Source of the DNA: Myxococcota bacterium
Lineage (GTDB): Bacteria > Myxococcota_A > UBA796 > CAJQPC01
Assembly (NCBI GenBank): GCA_036229005.1
Contig: JAZAMN010000024.1
Span: 64,001-128,000 of the forward strand
Length of the DNA stretch: 64,000 nt
Direction: 5' to 3'
Part shown: one piece after another, positions 37,361 to 45,488 of the stretch
Layout of the letters: every line of letters starts with the position of its first letter
Numbering within the stretch: position 1 is the first letter of the stretch
Notes under the pieces: model-generated
Told to the model about the DNA's origin: nothing
Database searches by the model: none
What the model saw: only the letters and a program-made list of their open reading frames with translations
Made by a program: the position numbers and the translations under genes

Positions 37361-39157
37361 GTGGAGTACAAGACCCCAGGCGTCTACATTCGTGAGGTAG
37401 ACAGCGGCCCCAAGCCCATCGAGTCCGTTTCTACGGCCATTCCCGGCTTCCTGGGCCTGTTCCCCTACAACCCGCCGGCCGACGCAATGGCCATCAGCGG
37501 CACCGATGGCAACCGGGCCATCGAGGGGAAGATCCCGCCCCAGCTGGTCGACAGCAGCGGCAAGATCTCGGCCAACCACTCGACCGAGGCCGCTGCCTCC
37601 ATCATCGAGGCCTTCCGCTTCCGTGACCGTCAGGTCAAGGACGTCGGCGCGCTGCTGAACCTCTACGGTCACAACGTCAAGATCGAGCCCGGCTCCAAGG
37701 GCCGCGTGAAGATCTCCGACACCAAGGACCCCAAGACGAAGATCGAGATCGCCGATGTCCTGGTGGACGTGAAGGGCGCTGTGATCACCGAGGACGATGA
37801 GGCCGTCGAGCAGCTGCTCAACGACATCGGCCAGGTGTTCGCGCTGGAGCAGGCCAAGCCCAAGCACGCCAAGGATGTGCTCTCGGCCTACGGCCTGAAC
37901 TTCGAGGGCAGCGCTCCCACCGCGCTGAACTCCGAGTACTCCATCCCGCCCATCGCGGTGACCAACAAGAGCGAGTTCTTCCGCTGGCTGCAGAGCTTCT
38001 TCGCGGAGTACCTGCTGGCCACCGAGCCGATGGAGGACCTGCTCCCCGGTCAGTCCTTCGAGGACCCCGATGACGCTGCTGACGCGGTGTTCGAGTCCCT
38101 GGCCCGCGACCCGGCCCTCAAGAAGCGCTTCCAGGACTTCCTGTCCCAGCCGAGCGTCTTCAACTTCGTGGCCAGCGTCAACGGCTTCTACGACAACGGC
38201 GGCGGCAAGGCCTACGTCTACCTCATGGGCACCTCCGACATGGACTGCCCCATCCGCGAGAACCAGGCCGACAAGCTCGGCATCTACGCCTTCGACGATG
38301 TCGACGACATGGCGCTGATGGCCGCTCCTGGCCTGACCCCGCGTCAGCAGAAGGAGATGCTGGAGTACTGCGAGATCCGCAAGGACCGCTTCGCCCTGCT
38401 TGACGGCCCGATCGTCTCCGACGGTCAGATGGACATCCCCGCCTCCGAGAAGGGCTACGGCGCCATCTACGTGCCCTGGGTAAAGGTGGCCAAGCCTACC
38501 TGGTTCAACGGCAAGCAGGACCACATCAAGGTCACCGGTCCCAACCGGCGCAAGCTGATCAAGACCGAGAAGAACGAGCTCTTCGTGCCCCCCAGCGGCC
38601 ACATCGCCGGCATCATCGCCCGCGTCGACGGCGAGCGCGGTGTTCACAAGGCCCCGGCCAACGAGCTCATCATGGGCATCACCGGTCTCAGCCAGAACAT
38701 CAACCGCATCGAGCAGGGCCAGTACAACGAGCGCGGCATCAACGTCGTGCGCGTGTTCAAGGACCGCGGCATCCGCGTCTGGGGTGCCCGCACCCTGGCC
38801 ACCAAGTCCGATCCGAGCTGGAAGTACATCAACGTCCGCCGCCTGTTCATCATGGTGGAGCAGTCCATCCTGCTCGGCGCGCAGTGGGCCGTCTTCGAGC
38901 CCAACGATCAGACCCTCTGGAAGAAGCTGGTGCGCGACGTGCGCGCCTACCTCCTGCGCGTCTGGCGCAGCGGCGCGCTCTTCGGAAACACGCCTGAGGA
39001 GGCCTTCTACGTCCGCTGTGACGAGGAGACCAACCCCCGCTACCTGATCGACGCCGGTCAGGTGAACGTGCAGATCGGAATTTGTCCCGTGAAGCCGGCA
39101 GAATTTGTTATCTTCAACATCGGTCAGTGGGACGGTGGCGCCCTGATCGAGGAATAA
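37361..39157 (+). CDS. Contractile tail sheath protein 1
   Basis: YKTPGVYIREV, GFYDNGG, VPPSGHIAG, GVHKAPAN, VWGARTL, YINVRR, AVFEPN, PVKPAEFV. Confidence 0.96.
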   Translation: MEYKTPGVYIREVDSGPKPIESVSTAIPGFLGLFPYNPPADAMAISGTDGNRAIEGKIPPQLVDSSGKISANHSTEAAASIIEAFRFRDRQVKDVGALLNLYGHNVKIEPGSKGRVKISDTKDPKTKIEIADVLVDVKGAVITEDDEAVEQLLNDIGQVFALEQAKPKHAKDVLSAYGLNFEGSAPTALNSEYSIPPIAVTNKSEFFRWLQSFFAEYLLATEPMEDLLPGQSFEDPDDAADAVFESLARDPALKKRFQDFLSQPSVFNFVASVNGFYDNGGGKAYVYLMGTSDMDCPIRENQADKLGIYAFDDVDDMALMAAPGLTPRQQKEMLEYCEIRKDRFALLDGPIVSDGQMDIPASEKGYGAIYVPWVKVAKPTWFNGKQDHIKVTGPNRRKLIKTEKNELFVPPSGHIAGIIARVDGERGVHKAPANELIMGITGLSQNINRIEQGQYNERGINVVRVFKDRGIRVWGARTLATKSDPSWKYINVRRLFIMVEQSILLGAQWAVFEPNDQTLWKKLVRDVRAYLLRVWRSGALFGNTPEEAFYVRCDEETNPRYLIDAGQVNVQIGICPVKPAEFVIFNIGQWDGGALIEE

Positions 39158-39229
39158 ACCCCATCGACCGATTTTCGAGCAACCCGGACGTCAGTCACCA
39201 ACGTCTTGGAACCATAGAGAGAGGACCAC

Positions 39230-39673
39230 ATGCCTACTGATGATCTGTTTGGCGCATACCACTTCCTCCTGGAGATCCAGGGGGTCATCAACGACACCCG
39301 CGTGATCGTCGGCGGCTTCAAGTCCGTGTCCGGCATGGACTCGGAGACGGAGATCGTCGAGTTCAAGCAGGGCAACGACAAGGTCGTTCGTAAGAAGCCG
39401 GGTCGTACCACCTACTCGAACATCGTTCTCGAGCGTGGCTACACCGCGACTGATGACCTCTGGCTCTGGCGGAAGAACATCGAGGACGGCCAGATCGACC
39501 GCCGCTCCGGTTCCGTGATCATCATGGACCAGGATGGCGAGACCGAGGTCGCGCGCTACAACTTCTTCGAGGGTTGGCCCTGCAAGTGGTACGTGCCCGA
39601 CATGGACTCGGATACCTCCGGGATGGCCATTGAGAAGGTCGAGATCGCTGTCGAGAAGGTGGAGCGCGCCTGA
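39230..39673 (+). CDS. Tail tube protein 1 (T4 gp19-like)
   Basis: FKSVSGM, KKPGRTTYSNIVLERG, RRSGSVI, FFEGWPCKW. Confidence 0.95.
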   Translation: MPTDDLFGAYHFLLEIQGVINDTRVIVGGFKSVSGMDSETEIVEFKQGNDKVVRKKPGRTTYSNIVLERGYTATDDLWLWRKNIEDGQIDRRSGSVIIMDQDGETEVARYNFFEGWPCKWYVPDMDSDTSGMAIEKVEIAVEKVERA

Positions 39674-39689
39674 TAGGCCCGCTTCTTCC

Positions 39690-39707
39690 GGCCCCGATGA
39701 TGGGGCC
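39690..39707 (+). other. Short hairpin after the tube gene (possible mRNA stabiliser or attenuator)
   Basis: GGCCCC-gatgat-GGGGCC, no U-tract. Confidence 0.3.
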
Positions 39708-39758
39708 TCACCTGAGTTGATGTAGGTCTACTGACCTTGCTTTTGGAGCTGTTCCGTC

Positions 39759-40124
39759 ATGGAGCTGAAGACCGAGTACGAGTTCACCCTTCCCCGCGGT
39801 TTCGTCGACAAGGACGGAAACATCCACAAGGAAGGGGTGATGCGCCTTGCGAATGCAAAGGACGAGATCGTTCCCTTGAACGATATGCGCGTCCAGCGCA
39901 ACCGGGCGTACTTGATCATTGTGCTGCTCAGCCGTGTGGTGACCAGGCTCGGTACGCTCTCCGAGGTGAACACGGGCACGGTGGAGAATCTCTTCGCCGG
40001 TGACCTGCGCTTCCTCGAGGAGATGTACAACCGCATCAACGAAGATGAGGCCACGGTACGCGTGACGTGTCCTGAGTGCGGCCACCGCTTCGACAAGGAG
40101 TTCGGCCGCCTGGGGGAATCGTAA
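39759..40124 (+). CDS. Tail assembly chaperone-like protein with C-terminal CxxC
   Basis: EYEFTLPRGFVD..GVMRLANAKDEI..LLSRVV..LFAGD..YNRIN..CPECG; directly follows the tube gene. Confidence 0.85.
   Translation: MELKTEYEFTLPRGFVDKDGNIHKEGVMRLANAKDEIVPLNDMRVQRNRAYLIIVLLSRVVTRLGTLSEVNTGTVENLFAGDLRFLEEMYNRINEDEATVRVTCPECGHRFDKEFGRLGES
40112..40118 (+). promoter_or_regulatory. Putative -1 programmed ribosomal frameshift site GGGGGAA
   Basis: CTG GGG GAA TCG TAA; the -1 frame continues into DUF6760. Confidence 0.65.
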
Positions 40125-40279
40125 GCTACCCTCTTGAGAATATTCTCAAGGAGGTAGCGTTCATCGCCTACCACTTTCATTGGGACCGGGATTCACTCAT
40201 GGAGTTGACGCACAAAGAGCGTCACGCCTGGGTGAAGCAGATCTCGTCCATCAACGAGAAGATCAACGCTCCTCGTTGA
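40112..40279 (+). CDS. DUF6760 family segment, probably the C-terminal part of a frameshift product
   Basis: YPLENILKEVAFIAYHFHWDRDSLMELTHKERHAWVKQISSINE; no ATG/GTG/TTG at the domain start. Confidence 0.8.
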   Translation, partial: GGIVSYPLENILKEVAFIAYHFHWDRDSLMELTHKERHAWVKQISSINEKINAPR

Positions 40280-40390
40280 GTTGCAGGACCGTCTGAGCGC
40301 GTAGTCTTCCTGGGTTTCCTCTGGAAGACTGCGCTTATCCCTTCGTGCACGTCCTCTGGATGTGCGCACCCTCCGACCGTGGATCCTCCC

Positions 40391-41581
40391 ATGAAGCCGG
40401 GCATCTCAGTCCAGCACAGCGCGCTGCCGACCCGCCGCTATGGCGTGGTGCGTGCGGACATTGCCGGGATCGTGGGCTTCATCACCAAGGAGCGCTGGCC
40501 CGTCGATGCGGCCGCCGGTGACTTCCTGGAGCTCAAGCTCCAGCGCTTCCGCGAGCTTGAGGATCACCCGCTGAGAGGTCTCTTCGGCCCGGTCACGACC
40601 GAGTCCGTCCGGAGCTTCTTCAACAACGGCGGAGACGTCTGCTTTCTCTTCGGCGTCTGCCTGGAGGACGCCCGCGAACTCGGCTCGGCCGGCAGCATCA
40701 GCAGTGTGCTGGAGCCATTGATCGTCCGGCTCCGCGGCAACGAGGAGATCGCGCTGCTCGCTGTGCCCGAGGCCGCCTACTTGCCCTGGACCATGTCCCG
40801 GACGGGCACAGTGAGCGCCGCCTGCGAGCCGCTGTATCGTGCGCTTCTGGCGCACTGCCGCGAGATGACCTCGCGTTTCCTGATCATGGATACGCCGCTT
40901 GGACTCCACGACGGAGCCCTGGAGCGGTGGGTCCACGCGTTCAGGAGCCTGGATCAGGACAACCTGAGCTACGGCGCGATGTACTACCCCTGGCTGATGA
41001 ACGGAGAGCGCGCGTTGCCCCCTTCCGCCGCGATGCTGGGGGTGTTCGCTCGGGTGGACCGCGAGCATCAGCCCTACGGGGTGATCTGGCCGCCGGCCAA
41101 CGTGCCCGTCCAGGATGTCACCCACCCGCAGGTCCCGTTGACCTGGGGTGAGGCGCAGCACCTGGCCTCCCAGAGCCTGAACCCCATCCTGACTCAGCCC
41201 GGTCGCGGGGTGTTGGTCTTCGGGGCGCGCACCCTGTCGCACGACCCGAACTGGGCTTTCATCAACTCTCGGCGGATCGCCTCGCTCATCTCGGAGCAGC
41301 TCCGGCGGGACAACGAGTGGGTGGTGTTCGAGACCAACCGCTCAGACATCTGGAAGATCCTCTCTCGCGACGTCCGCGCCCGCCTGGACGAGTTCTGGGA
41401 GCGCGGGATGCTCACTGGTGCCGCCGCTGGCCGGGACTACTGGGTCAAGTGCGACGAAGAGAACAACCCTCGGGAAGAGCGGGAGGCCGGTCGCATGAAC
41501 GTGCTCGTCCGCTTCCGTCCCGTGTCCACCACCGAACACATCACCATCGACCTGCGCTTGAGCCAGGCCGACGCCCGCTGA
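40391..41581 (+). CDS. Contractile tail sheath protein 2
   Basis: KPGISV, SFFNNGG, GAMYYPWL, WPPAN, VFGARTL, FINSRR, WVVFETN. Confidence 0.92.
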   Translation: MKPGISVQHSALPTRRYGVVRADIAGIVGFITKERWPVDAAAGDFLELKLQRFRELEDHPLRGLFGPVTTESVRSFFNNGGDVCFLFGVCLEDARELGSAGSISSVLEPLIVRLRGNEEIALLAVPEAAYLPWTMSRTGTVSAACEPLYRALLAHCREMTSRFLIMDTPLGLHDGALERWVHAFRSLDQDNLSYGAMYYPWLMNGERALPPSAAMLGVFARVDREHQPYGVIWPPANVPVQDVTHPQVPLTWGEAQHLASQSLNPILTQPGRGVLVFGARTLSHDPNWAFINSRRIASLISEQLRRDNEWVVFETNRSDIWKILSRDVRARLDEFWERGMLTGAAAGRDYWVKCDEENNPREEREAGRMNVLVRFRPVSTTEHITIDLRLSQADAR

Positions 41582-41593
41582 TCGGAGTCCAAC

Positions 41594-42028
41594 ATGTCCC
41601 GTGAAATCGTCGACCCTGAAGGAAACTTCATCTTCGAGCTGGAGATCGACGGGATCAGCGTCGCCCAGTTCATGGAGTGCAACGGCATCAAGACCACCAC
41701 CACGGTCTTCGAGATCGAAGAGGGTGGGGTGAACCACCGGGTGCACAAGGTCCCCGGCCAGAGCCGCTGGGAGAACCTGGTGCTGCGCTACGGGGTGACC
41801 GCCGACACCACCCTGCTGTCCTGGCGCCAGGAGATCCTGGAGGACGGCTTCGCCAAGCGGCGGAACGGGGCGATCATCATGAAGAACCTCGCGATGGAGG
41901 AGGTCCGTCGCTACAGCTTCACGAACGCCTGGCCAGTGGCCTACGAGGGCCCCAACTTTGTCGCCAACGGCGCGGAGCTGGCCGTCGAGATGATCGAGCT
42001 CGCCCACCAGGGCATCACCGTAAGCTGA
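41594..42028 (+). CDS. Tail tube protein 2 (gp19-like)
   Basis: FMECNGI, EEGGVN..HKVPGQSRWENLVLRYG, NAWPV.YEGP, EMIELAHQG. Confidence 0.95.
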   Translation: MSREIVDPEGNFIFELEIDGISVAQFMECNGIKTTTTVFEIEEGGVNHRVHKVPGQSRWENLVLRYGVTADTTLLSWRQEILEDGFAKRRNGAIIMKNLAMEEVRRYSFTNAWPVAYEGPNFVANGAELAVEMIELAHQGITVS

Positions 42029-42035
42029 GGTCGCC

Positions 42036-45000
42036 ATGAGCACCCAAGAGTTCACAGCACAGCCGCGCCGCGTCCCTGGACAGGGGGTGCTTGAGCGCCT
42101 GGAGCAGCGCAAGCAGCGCCGGCCCCGTATCGGGATGTCGCCGGAGTTCTACGCCCGCTTTGGGATGGCGGATCCGTGGGCAGAGGGCCCTTTGGAGCTG
42201 CAGGACGACCCGGGCTCGCTCTTCACCTATGTCGACGCAACGCGCTACCGGCGGATGATGCGTCGGCTGGCCTTCTCCCGCTGGCGTCGTGAGCGCCGCG
42301 CAAAGCTCTTTCACAGCCGCCGGGTTGGACTGCCCACGGCCGCGCGCCGCGCATTCCCCGGTGAGTCTCGTCGATTCACCTTCGGGCTCCGTACCCTCGG
42401 CCTCTCCGAGATGGTGGTTCCCGAGGCTCCCGAGCCCGAGGTCATCGAGGTCCCCGTCCAGAGCCGGCCCCGCTGGGTGCGAAACGGCATGCGCTCCGTG
42501 GACAACCCCTGGACCCAGACCCGGGGTGGGCCCGCCCGCAGCGTCCAGACCCGGGAGCGTCAGGACGACGGTACGCGCAGTGTGACCACCGACCGGCCCG
42601 CTCGGGTCGCCAGGGCCCGATCCATGGATCGGGTTGGTGCTCGTCTGGAGCAGAGCCAGGCCAGCCGTGACCCCGTCCGCAAGGCCCTGGAGGCCGCTGG
42701 TCCACGTCTGGATCGCCGCACCCAGCGGAAGGTCCAGGCTACGCTCGCAGCAACTGCCCACCTGCCGCCCGCCGAGCGCGCGGTCCGCATCCGAGAGGTC
42801 CTGCGAACCGTCCGTGTCGTCAGGGAGGTCTTCGAGGAGCGTGTCGCTCGGACGGTGCCTTCCAACATGGCGCGCCCTGCCGAGATCGCCAGGGGGCGGG
42901 TTGCTGCTGAGCCTTCGCGTCGCCGTGGCCTGCGTCCGGTGATGGGGCGCTCCCCGTCCATGGATGTGCTCGCCCCGGTCGCCGAGCCCCAGGTCGAGGC
43001 GGCTCCCGCACCTCGCAAGAGCAACACGCAGACCGCTCTGGCGCGCGCGACCACTCGGCGGGTCAGCGCCTGGTCCAAGCCGCCCACGTCAGATGGGGCT
43101 CGGGTGAGTCGGAGCATCAGCCGCTCCCCGGTCGCTCGGAGTGGGGCGCCCCTCAAGCGCACTGCCTCAGGGGCCTTTGTGCCGGCGCGTCGGATGCGCA
43201 CCGTGGAGACCTCGACGGTGCTCAGCAGTGCCGTGAAGACCGCAGAGAGCGCAACCCAAGGGGCAAAGTCCGGCAGCACGCGCACCACCCCGACCTCTGC
43301 TTCCCAGACCCACCGTACCGCCTCCTCCGGGACGACGGTCAGCGGAACCCACAAGACCCAGGGGCAAGAGGCTGTTGGAGCGCGGAGCACCCGGACCTCC
43401 ACCGCTGAGACCCTGGGTGCACGGAGCACCTCGGGAGCCTCTCACGCCGGCGAGGCCACCCGCAGCGCGACCACCGCCAACCGCGAGGACACCGGGGCTC
43501 GCTCCGTCCAGACCGCGGCGGGGGACACGCAGCAGAGTCAGGCGCTTCGCACTCAGGGGCGGGAGTCCCAGGGGGCGCGCAGCTTCACCACGGCCGCAGC
43601 TCAGGCTCGGGGTGTGGAGTCGACCGCCGAGCTTGAGACCACCGGCCTTGGCCATGTCGGTGCCCGCAGCTTCCGGACTGCCGCGAGCGCGCACGCCGCG
43701 GCTCGGGCAGGTGTTCAGCCTCCCTCGCGCGGCGCGCTGCCGACTCCCGCTCGGGTCGCGGCTCGGAGCGCGAGTGGTTCTTTCATTCCCGCTCGTCGGG
43801 TCGCAGGCGCGAGGAGCGAGCAGGCCTCCCCGTCCGACAGTCATGGGGCTTGGGCGCTGCAGCGCCTGGAGCGCACCGGTACCGCGTCCACGGCACGTCG
43901 GGGGCGCTCGCTGCTGCCTCGGATGGCGCCTCGGGCTCCTGAGTCCACCTACGTGGTTCACGCCAACGCCGACCTGGATGTCCAGGCCATGGTCTCGGAG
44001 ATCAAGCGCAGCGTGCCGGGGGCGCAGGTGAGCGTTCGGGAGCCCAAGGCGGTCAAGGCCTGGGGACCTTCGCCGGTCGCAGCGGCTGCGGAGCGCGCGC
44101 AGAAGTCTCCGGTGTTGTCCCAGTCTGCGGGAATGGCGCTGCCCTCCAGCACCGAGCGCAGTCTGCGTCGCGCGGTGGAGAGCAGCGCTCGGGTCGTTCG
44201 CACCCGGAATCCTGTTCGCTACGTGCGGAAGGCCTCAGCGGAGCAGGTGACTCTCGCGGGGGTGGATCCAAACACCCTGACCTCGCTGCCGGCACAGGTG
44301 CGTAAGGCATTGGGAGGCACGGACCCGACCCAGGCGGTGAGGACCGCGCAGGGGGTGTGGATCCCTGCCTCCTCCTTCACCACGGAGAACGCAGGGAGTT
44401 GGTCTGGGGCGCGCGCGCTTCGGACTGCAGCGAGCCGGAGCGCTGGCGCCCGCAGCGGAACCACCCAGAGTGGGAGCGCCGTCGGGGCTGCCCGTCGCCG
44501 GACCCTTGGGAGCCAAGGGACTGGGGCGGCGCGCTTTCGGACGCCGCCGCTCTCGGGTGGGGGCGCGCAGGTGTTCCTGAGCCCGGAGCGTGAGGATGTG
44601 GAGGCTCAGGGCTTCCAGACGACGGCTCGAGAGGATCGGGCAGCGCGCGTCGGCGTCGGTCGGCCTGTGGCCTGGGCTGGTGCTCGCACGCAGCTCACCG
44701 AGACCGGGGCTTGGCAGGGAGCTGAGCGCTTCACGACCGGTCGGGGGGGCTTCGCGCCCGGCGAGCGGGTGCAGGGAGCCAATCGGCAGGCGCGCGGTGC
44801 GCGTCGCAACACGCTCTCTACGCTCGAGGCGCTCTCGGCGCAGGAGTATCAGGCAGGTGGTCCGAGCTGGGCGGAGCGGACCACGCGTCCCTCCCGAATC
44901 CGGACGCCTGGGGACCTGGTCGACCAGCTCGTGCAGGCCCAGGACGTCGAGCAGCTCGTGGGTATCATCGTCGAGCGAGGCGCTGAGATCCGGCCCAACA

Positions 45001-45488
45001 TGGGGCTCCCCAAGCCGGTGATTCAGGTGATCGAGCAGATCCGGAGCGTGGCCGCGGCCGAAGAGCAGGCTGCCCGCTCTGCTGGATCCGGTGGGCGTCA
45101 AGCGCGCGTGGGCGCCCGGGCGAGCACCCGGCGTCGGAACGCCAAGGTCATCCGTGGCTTTGCTTCGTTGAAGGGAGGGACGGCCAGCAGCACCGCCGGA
45201 GTCGGTCCGGACAAGGTGATGAAGCTGGCGTCCAAGCTGCGGAACCTCATTCACCTGGCGGAGGGGGGCCGGACTGCGGATGCCCAGCGTCAGGTCAAGC
45301 TCGCCCACGGGGACCGCCCCGATGGCCGGATGGAGAACGGCACCGACTCCGGGAACTCCGAAACGGCCGCCAAGCAATCTGTAGACATCGAGGCCCTGGC
45401 TCGGGAGGTCCTGGATGTCGTGAACCGTGAGAAGGAGCTCCGACAGGAGCGTCGACAGGAGGAAAGCGATGCTGACGTCTGGTGGTAA
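42036..45488 (+). CDS. Large Arg/Ala/Ser/Thr-rich low-complexity protein, tape-measure-like
   Basis: Located between tube 2 and the tube initiator; C-terminal DIEALAREV...ELRQERR motif typical of CIS loci; GAGG SD. Confidence 0.6.
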   Translation: MSTQEFTAQPRRVPGQGVLERLEQRKQRRPRIGMSPEFYARFGMADPWAEGPLELQDDPGSLFTYVDATRYRRMMRRLAFSRWRRERRAKLFHSRRVGLPTAARRAFPGESRRFTFGLRTLGLSEMVVPEAPEPEVIEVPVQSRPRWVRNGMRSVDNPWTQTRGGPARSVQTRERQDDGTRSVTTDRPARVARARSMDRVGARLEQSQASRDPVRKALEAAGPRLDRRTQRKVQATLAATAHLPPAERAVRIREVLRTVRVVREVFEERVARTVPSNMARPAEIARGRVAAEPSRRRGLRPVMGRSPSMDVLAPVAEPQVEAAPAPRKSNTQTALARATTRRVSAWSKPPTSDGARVSRSISRSPVARSGAPLKRTASGAFVPARRMRTVETSTVLSSAVKTAESATQGAKSGSTRTTPTSASQTHRTASSGTTVSGTHKTQGQEAVGARSTRTSTAETLGARSTSGASHAGEATRSATTANREDTGARSVQTAAGDTQQSQALRTQGRESQGARSFTTAAAQARGVESTAELETTGLGHVGARSFRTAASAHAAARAGVQPPSRGALPTPARVAARSASGSFIPARRVAGARSEQASPSDSHGAWALQRLERTGTASTARRGRSLLPRMAPRAPESTYVVHANADLDVQAMVSEIKRSVPGAQVSVREPKAVKAWGPSPVAAAAERAQKSPVLSQSAGMALPSSTERSLRRAVESSARVVRTRNPVRYVRKASAEQVTLAGVDPNTLTSLPAQVRKALGGTDPTQAVRTAQGVWIPASSFTTENAGSWSGARALRTAASRSAGARSGTTQSGSAVGAARRRTLGSQGTGAARFRTPPLSGGGAQVFLSPEREDVEAQGFQTTAREDRAARVGVGRPVAWAGARTQLTETGAWQGAERFTTGRGGFAPGERVQGANRQARGARRNTLSTLEALSAQEYQAGGPSWAERTTRPSRIRTPGDLVDQLVQAQDVEQLVGIIVERGAEIRPNMGLPKPVIQVIEQIRSVAAAEEQAARSAGSGGRQARVGARASTRRRNAKVIRGFASLKGGTASSTAGVGPDKVMKLASKLRNLIHLAEGGRTADAQRQVKLAHGDRPDGRMENGTDSGNSETAAKQSVDIEALAREVLDVVNREKELRQERRQEESDADVWW

